A stretch of 64,000 bases of DNA, taken from assembly GCA_051294905.1 (NCBI GenBank), contig CM119371.1, positions 33,854,001-33,918,000 on the forward strand. Direction: 5' to 3'. Each line of letters opens with the position of its first letter. Position 1 is the first letter of the stretch. Origin of the DNA: Botryllus schlosseri. Lineage: Eukaryota. The position numbers and the translations under genes were made by a program. The notes below the pieces were generated by a model. The model was not told the DNA's origin. It saw nothing but the letters and a program-made list of their open reading frames with translations, and did no database searches. This document shows, piece by piece, positions 51,054-64,000 of this stretch.

Positions 51054-53407
51054 TACGGCAGCAGGTTGCACATCCATGATCTAATAGTATACATATGGTA
51101 TGTCTTACGCCAAGTTTGAATCCGTATTCCAGTCTTTAACATTTTTGACAAATTTCCCAAAACTTGTTTGAAAATAGCAAAAAAACATTGGACAGGACAT
51201 CAATTTGTTTCACGGTAGGTTGCACTGTGACTAATCCTAATGCTGGTAGTAACTACAGAGAAAAAGGCGTCGTTCTGTACTGCCATGCTCAATTTGATCC
51301 GTTTTGGAATTGAATTAAATTGTGTTGATATAGGGTAGCTTAATTGAGGGCGAAACCGAGCAACCTATATTGCATCTAAGTCTGTCTTACGCAGTGTAGT
51401 TCGCCAGCTATTAACAACAGCTACCCAGCGCACCAAGCTTTAGGCTACTGCCAAAGCTATGAAGTAATGAATGACTTACACGTGGGAATTCCTTTAAATC
51501 TTCAAAGAATATCAAAAATTTGCTCAAATGAAGTTAAGGGCGACTGCTGGAGTTTGAATTTGGCGAGCTTTCTTGAATACGAATCATCTTCAACAATCGT
51601 CTTCTGAAAATAGTTGCGAAACACATGTTTAGTCAGAATTCATACAGACTTGGTCAATTTCTCGCGTCCCCCAGGCTGAGAACCCCTGATCTTATGTATT
51701 GAAGCAAAAGGTTCCTCATTTGAGGTAGCATGTGTGCCAAACAAATCCAGCAGTGGATGAAAACATCTCTATGCTACGGCTCAAAAATGACATAAACATA
51801 CCAACAGTTTCAACTACTCCGCGGCTGAGTATGTGGTTTCACAGGTCAGTATATAGGTCGACTAATATCCCAAAATAGAACAGAGAATGCGGCGAATGAA
51901 ATATTTCAATCATGAAATCAAAGTCATCTCGGTGGTGTGCACAGTCGTAGATATTCACGGTAAAGAATACTATGTAGTACTGTACCTCCCAGCAAACACA
52001 AAACCGTAAAAGGATCATCCGGGATCATCCCGATTAGGTTCTGATTTTCTAAGTGTCGAGGGAATGTCTAAAATACGTAGTAGGATGGTCTTGTGGTTAT
52101 ATTCAATCAGAATAAATTCATACTCGGTGTTGTTCCATCTCATGCATTAGGCTTCGTTATATCCGGTAGAACCTAACAATGCAAATTTTTTTTCTCTCGC
52201 TGGTATGACTAAAATACGTAGAAAGGATGACTTTGTCGGTACATTCAATCACGATGAATTCCCATCCGGTTTTGTTCGATCTCATGCAGTAGCTTCGTTC
52301 TATCCAATAAAAAACAATGTTCTCCCTTCGTTTTATTGCGTGAGGATGTCACCGGTGTTGTATATTCGTGTTGTTGCTCTAAGGTCGAACAGTTTTGTTT
52401 TCTTCTGATATATATGATCTTCATTATAGATATATTCGCTCTTTCGGTAATCTCGCATGTTCAACGAGTATGGCTAATAGTTTTATTCAGAGAATAACTA
52501 AATAAGTGAGATGTACGTTTAGGAATGTGATTATCGATGCGTGACTTCTTGAATATTTCGGCGATTCAAATTTTACGTCATCGCGCCGGACAAAGATTTG
52601 ACGCGCAACAGGTCGCAGCCAGGCATAGTTCGCTCTTTCTGTATGGTAAATGCCGTAAATATATAGGAATTGTGACTGACTGAGGTAGCGGGTTAAAGGT
52701 ATATACGCAGTAGCATATAGCTTATGGGGTATTTCGAATTGCCTGTAGTATATGACGCCTGGAGCTGTTTGACTTTCTGCAAAACAGGTGTAGACAACTA
52801 TAGAAAAGTTTCAGCTTTTCCAGGCTAGAATTAGAGCTAAACCGTTTTTTCCGAATTATATTACAATTATATTACTGGAATTTCGCTCTAATTTAGTTAA
52901 ATTAGACCACTATAATTATCTAGTTGTCCAAGTCGCTTCAAACATCTGAATTACCGGTACCTATATACCTACGGTATATCATAATATTTATGCTTGAATT
53001 TTCTAGCTATATAAGTCATATAGATACATACCTGTAGAACACTGATTCGTGATTTTATAAAAGTTTGTGCAAGAATGGACATTTTCAACTTGATGTTGAT
53101 TAATGGAGCAAAATTTGATATTTGAGTGCAATTATACCTCGAATCCAGTGACAAGATTATTAATCGTTGAAACCAAACGCAGCTTGTTTATGTTGGCCCA
53201 GAGAATTTGGCTAGCCAGACCATATTGATAGAATATGGTCACAGTAAAATAATATTTTGGGCCAATTTACATGAACTTTCCAACATTTGATTTGATATGT
53301 CCGCTAAAACAGTTGTTATTCTGCTTTCGAATAAGACCTAAATTGCTGATTTCAATGGTAACTGTGTTTGTCAAAGGCTGTAAAGGTAATTCCTTTTCCA
53401 TGTTAGA

Positions 53408-53505
53408 TGTTTGTTTGTTTGTTTGTGGTGTTCGTGGTGGTGGTTCGACTACACTGGTCATTTTACACCAGGCCGGTTCTTATTATTATCATTCCGTATC
53501 TGCCC
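53408..53505 (-). mobile_element. 3' part of SINE family B (remainder at 58367-58520), split by a 4.9-kb insertion
   Basis: (GTTT)n tail, and CATTTTACACCAGGCCG...TTCCGTATCTG matching 24380-24480. Continues after 58367. Confidence 0.7.
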
Positions 53506-56500
53506 GATTACCAGTGAACTCGGCACTTAGTGAATTCGGCCGCACAAACTCGGCACTTGGTGAATTCGGCCGTGGTAGATCTGGTAGAGTTACCGGTCGC
53601 CATGATTGGTTACTGGAATGTTTGCCGGTGAACTTGGCACTTTAAGTGGTTGTCAATGTTGTACGGGGGTCAGGGCATGCGTAGATCACGCAGTCACGGC
53701 ATGATTAGATCACAGATTGCGTAATCGCGGGAAATAACGCGACGCTCTTCACTTGGTGAACTCGGCCCTTGGAGGAATTGGCACTAGAACACCTTCGCAT
53801 TAGAAATGCATTTAATATGAATGAACAGTATCAAAAAGGAAATTGAAACGTGTCGTGGCTTGCGGTAGATCTCGTAATCTTGGGATCCTTCAACCCTGTT
53901 ATCGAGACACCCTAACCCCAGAGTGGAATCGTCTCTCCTAAGGCAAAAAATAATTTATTTTGACGTGATCATGCGAAACATTTGTTGATGAGGAACACTG
54001 GCTTGTCGTGATCGATAAACGAAGAAGCGCCGCTTGATCTTCCATATTTTCGATCTCACATACAACGCCAAGATCCATCTTCCCAAAACTTACACGACAC
54101 AGGCCCGTCACTCACGCCATCGATTCCAAGCAGACCGCGCGTGGTCGGTATATGACAATGATATATATACAATGATTGGAAACTCCAGTGAGCTCTGCGT
54201 TTGAGCGCGTCGCGAGTCATGCTTCACTACAGGAATGAAATCGATGTAAACAAACGGTTCGCCAGCAATCTTTCTTCAGGAACTGACGTTAACGTAGTGA
54301 AAAGTTTTTTATCGAGACCTCTTTTGCACGTGAATTGTGTGCATACTGTACAGGTTTTGGCCAATACCAGTAGCATGGCTTAATATTCAGACGAAACTGA
54401 TGTACCAGTGTGCCTACGTGATGAACATTGTGATCGGAGGTGGTCTCGCAGTATCAAATAAAGGTGGATACTTCATAGTACGAGCTAGAGTTGGGATCAG
54501 GTCACTATCTTCAAGTCATTACAAATTTTTAATCAAGTCACGAAGTCATTTCTAATTTTTTCAAGTCAATTCAGGCAGGTTCTAAAACTGACTCTGGAGT
54601 CAGGCCTTCTGAAGTTGTGAAAGTTGGCAAAACCTACTTGAGGATATCGCAAAAGGCATCACGTTTTTGAAGTAATAATAGTCATTATTCCTTTGTTACG
54701 GACATTCATCTTGTGATCCGAATGCTCATATATACAAATGAATAAAAATAAAAATATTTTTGTTTGATACAGATCAGGAGTAATCGTCAGCAGCTTTTAG
54801 ATACAGTATACAATTGACTAACAGATGTATACAAAGTAAAGTCTAACTCATTTCTTCATACTACTCGTGTACTTTTCAGACCGTTCATTTTCTGCTTCAA
54901 CAAGTAGATTTCAATATCCAATTGACTAAGAAACGTCTGCAAAACCTGGTTATAACCTACTTTTTCAAACTACGGTACTTCATGAGTACAATTTACCATG
55001 ATATGATGGTAAATCTTATGAGTGTATGTGTGCGCAAGAGCGACCCACAATAGGTAGGAAGTTCCTGCCATTGTCCATGTCAGGTTTGATGGACTTGTAC
55101 ACAGCCAATGATCTATAAATGATTGTTCACAGCATATACTTTGTATAGTCATTAAATTGTAATGTTGTCCATGTCCAGTCCAGTTTGTCTGTCAACTCTT
55201 ACAATCATAGCTGACTTGCGAGATGGTGACTTCGAAGAATGGGACGGAATAGAGGCTATCCAACAATCCCCTTCACTCAACAAATCTCCGAACTTACACA
55301 TCACCATCTATTCCCTCAACGGTCCAGGTGATCATGGAAGAAGTTGATCGAATCCGAGAATCATAACAATGTGTCATCGCATGGGTATTACAGAAGCAGG
55401 ATTTTGAACAGCTCAAATACCTCACCTCTTCATGGACTCCTTAATGCTCTGATACTAGTCGTGTCTAAATTTCAATGAGGATACCAACACCATAATATCA
55501 TTGAGAAGTTTATACGGGGTATGGGTATTTCATTTACTATAACACTTGAAAACTGCATAAACAACTTTTGTTATCATGTCAGACTTGTTGTCATCTAAAT
55601 TCAGAATAACAAGAACCAAAATCCTAGTTAACGGAAAGCATTTAAGTCAAGTGAATATGTAGCAAAAAGGGATTTTCATATTTATGCAAATTACAATATC
55701 AGATATACCTATGTTTAAGCCATTCGATAAATGTACTGTCTGCATCTATTTTTGTCGTAATTTATGAAACTGTGCTGTGCTATTACGAACAATCGAATAA
55801 CTGTGCCTAGTAGTTGATAACGTCAATGTTTCTTGTCACGTAACAAAAATATATATTCTCAAATGTTATTTTTTCGAGCTTTCTTATCCTCTCTTAATGA
55901 CAATATCAGGACAGCAGTTAGATGGTAGAGCAGCGATCTCACATGACGTTGAACATCGGAGGGCATTCAAGCATCAAGTACCATGGCATTTGAACACTAG
56001 TATGTTTCAAGCCTCTTTAGAAATCAATTATTCTTTGAAAATTACCATATCGCAGGTGCGGCCAGATTTCCTGATCAGAATAAAAATGATTCCAATAACG
56101 GATCAAGACTCAATCTCTTGGTGATAATGAGGTAGTCTGCTCGATGGATTGGCAAAAATGTCCGTATCAAATTTATCATTGATGTTGTTTTCTTGTCTCT
56201 TTGATAAGCTTTCCTGCTCACGAATTTCGTTGCTGTTTCTGGGGCATAAGAATATCTCCAGTTTTGCAGTAGCGGCATATCTTTTTCCAGCTAGTACAAG
56301 TGAAGAAATATTATCTGGAATGCAATATGGCTTAAATGGCAGTTGTAGCTGAACTTGGTTGTCATATTCACAAGGCACACGAAATTATCCACAGGTTGCA
56401 TTGTAGTGTCCATCTCTTCACCTCTATCGTACTCGAATAATATGCATAGTCTTTCAGCAAGACTATTTTTCTCTGCATCAATCGATCCAATGAGTATCAA

Positions 56501-58366
56501 TCCAATCCGGCACCATTCGTCAAAGTAACATTCATATTGACTACAATCTTTGGAAATATCTCAATGTCTGAAGCAAAGTGGAACATGAAATGGTTGCTTC
56601 TCATGGACGGCCTGGCGTGCCGAAATCCCATAAGATAATGATTTGCACTTTTATTAGGATCCCTGAATCCTTTTCAATTTCCTCGCGACTGTGGGTTGCT
56701 TTGCGGCTGTTTCAATACACGAACAATCTTTTCTTGAAAGTTAGAATGGACTATGATTTATAAAAAAATGTTAACGATCCTGTAAAAAATTTATGCATTA
56801 GACATTTACAGAATGGGAATTTGTTATGTCACAGTTTTGCCAGTCAACTACTATTGAAATCAAGTTATTTATTCAATCCGTCAAGTATTTTCCGTACTGC
56901 CGCATATGCAATATTATGAGCAATGTGCATATTCAAGAGAGAGATTTGGCATTGGATGATTGTGGAGTTACATTGCTGGAAAAATAACCTGGGTAGCAGC
57001 ACATACAATGCAAGTTGATGCTCATGCTCAGGTCATAAAGCGTGATGCAAATGGCGAAAAGTTATGAAGGTTATACATAAAAAAACCATAGACGTACACA
57101 AATGCATAAATCATCTATTTTGTACAATCCTTCCAGCTATCAATCTTAACGAGTACTCCATGTTAATTTTCAAGGTTTACAGGCAATGCATGGGGAACAC
57201 TTCACAACGGGTAGTTCATATCAAAGTGCCAAAACGTTTACCAGGTATATTTTTAATAAATGGGCATTGGTAGCTACGCTTTCGGACACCGCGGTGTGAA
57301 AGATTCAACTAGTGAGAGTAGTACGGCATATCACGCCAGGTCGATGTGCACAATACCAACTATGGAGTGATTATCCTCAATATCATTCTAGTGCATTGTT
57401 TTGCCGATGGAATATTGTTTGGAACAATGCCGATTCTCATCATTGATGTGGAATGTGAATTCAACGGCCTGACCCGGTAAAAAGTTATATCTGTTAGCAT
57501 TTTACCAATCAGTACAATGTTAGTTTCGATTTTATATTATATTATGAATGTACAATCGCTATACTGATACTATGGTTGCCAGTGAACTCGGCCCTTGGTG
57601 AATTCGGCCTCACAATATTACAATATATACTATCTAAAACAACTTAGTTGCTCACACAATTATCGTAATCAACCCTTCTCTTTTAAAAAATCAGGTGACG
57701 TAAATGCTGCCAGAAAAATTTCAAATCCTCTTTCAACAATCCTTCCAGGTTCTGTACATCTATATTGACGCTCACCCACAGTATCTATAAATTCTTTAGG
57801 CTGTGTCGTAAATGCATGGTTGCAACTGATGCTAAAATACCTCGCAGCTAGTCTGTACTTTGATAAATGTGCATTGTTAAAAGTTGTATTACATCCTATT
57901 ATGCAGCACTGCCTCACTATGCTCAAGAAACCAACAAAAACTAAACCGATTGGGGAAAATCAGTGAATTAGTATGCCAGCAAGGCCGATCGCAGCACCCC
58001 ACCCACTGAGCTATATAAACACCACAGTCGACATACGCAATCCCGTTCCTGTACTCAAGCATATCCCGCGACGGACTGATTTCGCCGGGAAACTATCTTA
58101 TAGCGTTAAGGGGCGTGGCAGTTTCCAATCATTGTATATATATCATTGGTATATGAGCGCTGCGTTATTTCCCGCGGCTACGCATTCCGTGATCTAATCA
58201 CGCCGTGACTGCGTGATCTACGGATGCCCTGACCTCCTTACAAGATTGACGAATCACTTGATAATACTATTATTAGTTTGATAATTCATATTAATAGCTG
58301 TTAATACACTTCATTACAAAATTTCCCGGGGGCCGAATTCACCAAGTGCCGAGTTCATCGGCAACC
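53506..58366 (-). mobile_element. Degenerate Mutator/MULE-like element
   Basis: Ends GATTACCAGTGAACTCGGCAC / GTGCCGAGTTCATCGGCAACC, TSD ATCTGCCC (8 bp, possibly 9), repeated GTGAA(C/T)TCGGC motifs, and long imperfect inverted segments 53655-53750 / 58155-58255. Minus-strand fragments EATISC/FHFA near 56575-56610 resemble the MULE CxxH motif. Confidence 0.68.
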
Positions 58367-59237
58367 ATCTGCCCACTTATAGCACGGCCCACTCCTAGGC
58401 TTTTTAAGACATGGCTATGCGGATCAGATGGCGAGGAGGAGCCTAGATAAACGGCCAACACTTCGGTAGGAATTATGGAGGCGACGTGTCAGGCTGGAAC
58501 CCGCAATTCATTGGTGTTTAGCTATAATGGACCGTAAAATGGCACCGCAGCATTTGACATTTCGTGTGGCAATTGACTTTTGTGTGGAAAATTGTGTTCG
58601 TTTCAGAACTTATCCGAAACTTTTATTCCGTCATAGATTGTATATGATAAAACGATATCGTAATTGATCCTAGAAGAATTCCAAAGCCACTCACCACAAA
58701 GGAGGATTTAAAGAAGTTTGATGACATATTGAATGAAAGCAAAAGCCTTTGCAAGAGATGTGGTATGTTGAATCTGTTTTGTTATTTTCAAATGCTTGCC
58801 GATAGCAGACGGTATATATAAATGTAAGATGTGGAAGCTATCAAGGTGTTATGTTTATTATTTTTAGAAATTCAGTCAGTCAAAGTGTACGATCGTATTG
58901 CTTGGATTATATTTAGACTTATTTTAGCATCTTTGAGATGCAACTCTGAACGTGGACGGTCATGAACAGTCAACTAATTCTGTTCCTATATTGACATATC
59001 AGACATTTGCACTCGTACCGTTGGCGGCGACAATATTGGTCAGTCAGCAAAAAGCATCATGAAGAAGGTTGCCAGTCTGGTGAAATTATAGCAGAGTCGG
59101 AAAGAATGGGAAATACGCTTTCATCAACCTCCATTTGAACAAGATCACATATAGTAAGAGACATTCATGATATGCTGCAAATGTCACTGTGTTCTTTGTC
59201 TAGTCACCCCACTCATGTAACTATTGAGGCTTCATGC

Positions 59238-59718
59238 CAGGGTTGTAACCAAGTCACAAGGCTCCGAGTCGCAAGTCAAACTCACTTTAATAGTTTTGAC
59301 TTGAGTCATTTTCAATTCACCACCGAGTCAAGTCCGAGTCCAAGTCAGCGAGCAGAGGTCCGAGTTATGGTATTATGACTCAAGCCAGAGTCATTGTGTT
59401 AGCTGCTCGGTTTCCAATTTAAGTCTTGTTAAACCAACTTTTTATATATTTTTTGTGATATCGAGTGGGTCGCATTTATAATATACGAATTTTCCTTACT
59501 TTTAGCAGTTTCTGGCCGCATTTTCAAATACCAGCATCAATAGACGAAATCCCAATAGCGATTTGCTGTACTATTCTTTGAAATAATAATGAAATGTCGG
59601 TCTTGGCCGTCTGAGTCTCAAGTCATGCGCAATGAGTCGAGTCATTTCAGTACTTTGAGAAGATGACCTGAGTCAAGTCGAGTCAACAGAAAAACCTGAC
59701 TCGAGTCTTACAACCCTG
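59238..59718. mobile_element. hAT-type MITE with GAGTC arrays
   Basis: TIRs CAGGGTTGTAA / TTACAACCCTG, perfect TSD CTTCATGC. Confidence 0.92.
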
Positions 59719-60034
59719 CTTCATGCAATGAACATTTACTTTGAAGATAAATAGTAATTAAATAACTGGTTGGTGGTACAAAATTTTAATACCGCTTTCA
59801 AAAGTACCTTCATGATAAACGTTATTGAAACCCGAAGAACTTTTCGCGTGCCTATTAAAGAGCTACCGGCACCATAAATAAAGGAAGCAAAACAGAGTTG
59901 AATTCAAAACCAGATGGAGAATTATGACGCATTAATGTCGAATTTAGAAATGACATCAATGGAGCCAGAACACAGCAACAATGCAGTGCATAACAACGGT
60001 TGCGTAAAACAGTATGACAGCGTGACACAATTCT

Positions 60035-60372
60035 TTAATTATTTATTATAGTGGTGCCCACCGTAAATACTATTTTATTAAAATCCGAATTTTTCGATGG
60101 CAATAACTCCGCTTCCACTTGTTTGAATCGAACCAAATTTGATGAACATCGTTTCTATACATAACCTAACATTTTCATGGGGTGAACAGAAAATTTTCAA
60201 ATTTTTTCTATTTATTTTTATATAATAAATAGAAACTTTCTTTTCCTGTAGCAATGCGGCTACTGGTTGGAATTGAACCAAATTTGGTGTGTAGACTTGA
60301 ATTAGATAACCTAACAATTTTATCAAGTAGCTAGAACGATTTGAGAAAAAAAAGTCATTTTTAAGAGCCCTA
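60035..60372. mobile_element. Single arm of the 15895-16558 foldback MITE
   Basis: CACCGTAAATACTATTTTATT...CATTTTTAAGAGCCCTA matches the right arm 16235-16558. No partner arm is adjacent. Confidence 0.85.
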
Positions 60373-62542
60373 ATGTCCATGTCAGAGAAACGTTTTAGGG
60401 TAGGCCTACTCACATGTCTCGCAGCGTTCTCTACATAATTGTCAACTGCGATACAAACTGTTCGCTTGTATTGGTTAAGCCATCCAACTTCGAATTGTAA
60501 AATGTTGGGAGTCTTGATATCAAATTTTTGAAAGGTGCGCTTTGAGAAGATTTCGGAATCTGTCAAATTATACAAAAAAATTTAGCAAATTCTTTGACAT
60601 ATTTCATCCATTTGGGACTCGATCAACGTAAAAGAATTAGTAATTATTTTATACAATGTATTGTATTTGTAGTTGAAGTATAGTAATAATTCTTATGGTT
60701 ACCGCACTTGTAACGATTCACGGCCATAACTGGAATAATTATAATGATGTAACTTTCAAATTGTCATGCATTTTGCAACAACATTGTTCTCAATTTTCAA
60801 GGTGCTGACCATTGGAGGAAGAATCACCCTTAAGCCGGGAATTCACGATCCGTAAACGCGGCCGACTGTTTCTCTCCTCAAGAGGAAGGAAGAGAAAAAG
60901 GGAGCAGAAATAGCAAGAGTGTGACAAGTCGCGTCCATTCGCTTTAATGCGTATTTCCATCCGCGAAGCGCGAAGTAGTAGGTGGGAAAACTAATGGGCG
61001 TTTGGTTAGCGCTTTATAAGGTTGACTCCAGTGCTGTATTTGCTAAATGTTGCGGTGAAATAGGGGTGGTGTCATTTGGTATCAATATTGACTATTAAGA
61101 GACCATTTGTTAGTGGTCATGGATTTGTTCGGCCAGTATGCAATAATTTCTGATGGTCACTTCCCGGGCTTCTGTTCTCTAACCCCTCATGATTGTTATT
61201 CTGCTTCTAGTAAGACTGTCGATTCTAATGTTTTATCGTATCATTTGTCGGATGTTTCGCTCGCTTTTTTACAAAGTTTTGCTCTCTGCTAGGTCAATTA
61301 CTGGCTGAGTATCACTACAGCCTAACAAACTGCACCAATTCTCATTTTAATGTCTTGCTGGTTATCTTGCTGTCAATTCTAATAATTTGTTGATGTCTAT
61401 ACCAGTGCCGCCACTCAAATGTTTTGTTCTCTGTACACAATATTGTTAGGTCTTCAGCTTTCCAGGCAGAGTATCATTCCGCTTTCTAGACTTGAGTATA
61501 TATCTCTCCAACTAGCTGCCAAATAACTGATTCATTTGGATTGTTGAATTGATCATTTTTGACAGAATGTGAAGAAATTTTAGTCAAGAATTCTTTTTGT
61601 GTTAGTGGCGGTTTTCAAAGATTGCGGAAGTAGTCATCGTTGATCTTGATAATCAAGTAGAAGTGGCGATTGAAGTCAGTTCTCTAGTCATATAATATTA
61701 AAAAATATGATAATAAAAACTTGAAAACATGAGTGGAAATAGTCCAGAATCAAATCAATTTTAGTAAGTATGGGTGAAAAAAATGTAGGAGTCATTCGTT
61801 ACTCGCTACCTCTGCCATTTTCACAGTACGAATGTCTTAGCTAATAATCGTCATTTTCATTTTATTTCTACAGGGTGTTGAAAAGAAAACGCCAGAGGGA
61901 TTATCATCATCAGACGATGAAACCTTCTGATTACTGACTGTTCTCATAGTTTCATTCATTGCTACTTGGCCCTGCAAGTAATTTCGTTCGTTTCATTTTT
62001 TACACCGGCATAATTTACTTGCCAATTCGTTTTGAATTAAATTACCGCAAATGTGATTAATATGTAGTAGATAATGTGGTGTGTGTGTGTGTACGCAGCC
62101 GTGATCAGGTTATCCCCAGTCGTAGAAAACAGGTTATTATATCAGGATATTCTTTTAATGTAGGATCTACATTCTACTCACCATGTTTAAAGGTTGTAGC
62201 ATCTGCATAATATTTACATTATTGAAGGACATGGAAAAGACATTGAATTGAGTCGACACAAAATCCCCCTTTCTACGACCTGCCGAGATCTAATATCTAC
62301 TATATCAGGCTCGGCTTTCTACATCTTTGGTCTGTACTGTGTTTACTGGGCTTTTACGATGCGTATCCCAATCAGCATTCCTAGGAATCTTCAACGATCG
62401 TGTCCACTTTCTTCAAGTACAAGCTTCGCTCCACCCTTAGCTCAAATCTCAATAATGGCCAGACGACGATACGACACTCTAACGATTTCGAAATAAGTGG
62501 TATTCATCCGCTGATATGCCACCAATAATATTTACTGGCCAC

Positions 62543-63604
62543 CAGAGGTATCAACATTTAATATTCATAATAGTAAAGTAAAGCCCAGAAATTTTGTTGC
62601 GCTTCGCGCCTAGATAGTTATGGAGTGACATATATGTTTTCACGAAAGTATCAGTGAATATAATTTAAGTAACGGATTGCTAATGGTTCCGCTCACACCG
62701 CATTGTCGTCCATATCAAATATTTCATCCCAGTAAATATGGCCCACCGTAACGTTTGAAACTACCGTTTCGCAATCCAGCAATTACTTATCCTATCGTTA
62801 TCTAGCAGCCCATTACGTGTCTTGTTAATCTGGAAAATCCAGCTTTTTGGAACGTTACACCTGTTTTAGCAGATCACCTTTGAAGCTTCATGGACAAAAG
62901 ACATGAAATATACTCCCCGCCATTTAGAAGTGGTATTTGTATTTCACTCTCAATTCCGAGTATGATACTTGGAGTATCATACTTTGAGTTCTAATTACTT
63001 TCAATTCCTTTGTTTGCAGAGCATACATGTTGAAGCTAAAAGCAACTGTAGTAATGCCTCTATTTTCCGAAAATAAAGCTACACTAAACATAAATTTTAC
63101 GATTCACAATATTTGTTATTAACGTGTCGCGCAAAGTGTTGAAACCGTATCCGATACAACTTCTCCGTATTGCTCTTCGCCTAAGCTTAGGGCCTTATAA
63201 TACGGGGTAGGGTGCCATGCCATGATATTCTCTAAAACGCGGTCTTCTTGTGAATAAAGGGTTAGTATCGCAATTTCATATCAATGCCATAATTTGCATC
63301 CCATGATGTAAAGAAAGGCTTATTCTGTCGAAAATTGATACCTCCCGGGATGCATCAATACAAATCAAGCTCTCCTAACCTTCCGCATAGCTCAATTTGC
63401 AGGTTTTAACAGTCAATGCGAGCGAATTAAGACTGTTTTCCAAACTACTTACTTACTTGAGTAGATTTAAAGTCGGTCAATTCTACTTCTACTTCAAGTA
63501 GTTTTAGGTGGCTTATGAAAGAAGTACTTCTAATCGTACTTGAGTAGATTTTTTCGTCACTACTTGTACTTGAGTAGCTTTCTTGACTACTTTGACCACC
63601 TCTG
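62543..63604. mobile_element. CAGAGGTGGTC-family element with a deleted left subterminal region
   Basis: Perfect TSD CTGGCCAC. The left end CAGAGG is fused directly to TATCAACATTTAAT (18113 in the full copy). The right end is intact. Confidence 0.9.
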
Positions 63605-64000
63605 CTGGCCACTGCGTTATAATGTTTGATTTAGGTCGTTTTTTACTGGGAAATCTCTGTAAATTTTGCAACGAATTACCGGTAGCTGCCAATAACTGTG
63701 CGTAGCTTGTAATTTTACATTTTGATATGTAATATTACCTCAATTTAGCTCTAAAGTCAAGTTACCAGAATTTCTTCGAAAAATTACTGACAGTTACTCG
63801 TTGCTGAAGTTTACCAGGCTATTGGCAAAATTGATTAGCTTGAAAATCCCTGCAGCCAATGTATACATGGAACTGAATGTTACTGATATCATTCTCGTGG
63901 TGATTTGACCTGATTCAACCGCGTTCGCGAGACTGGGGTCTGTCATACCGAAACTGTTGGCCCTAGTACCAATTTCAGTATAGTACATAGTAGGGTAAAA

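Larger units (their letters stand above)
42956..51688. mobile_element. hAT element, copy 2, expanded to 8.7 kb by nested insertions
   Basis: TIRs CAGCGGTTCTCAACC / GGCTGAGAACCCCTG, TSD ATCTAATG/ATCTTATG (7 of 8). Homologous to 30515-33704. Confidence 0.88.

Noticed and set aside
60078..60575. 165-aa ORF, the longest in the track
   Set aside because: More than half is read through an AT-rich foldback MITE arm. The N-terminal part has no motif I recognise.

Overview
This is AT-rich animal genomic DNA, probably from an invertebrate (species cannot be determined from the sequence). Non-autonomous transposable elements fill most of the window, many with intact TIRs and target-site duplications and nested up to five deep. 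They include hAT-type elements of two target-site classes, a PIF/Harbinger-type element in two inverted copies, TA-targeting GGGG-ended elements, foldback palindromes, tRNA-derived SINEs and a MULE-like relic. The only clear host gene is three spliced 3' exons (38430-40033, +) of a GT32/alpha-1,4-glycosyltransferase-like protein; I could not find its 5' exons. Highlights are an 839-bp miniature LTR retroelement (TRIM-like, 167-bp LTRs differing at one base, with its empty site present in the window), a Penelope GIY-YIG 3' end followed by a minimal hammerhead ribozyme, a frameshifted TGF-beta-like cystine-knot relic next to the glycosyltransferase exon, and decayed Spy-like and piggyBac-like transposases. 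Most ORFs in the supplied track are spurious. All family assignments come from motif recognition by eye, not database searches.
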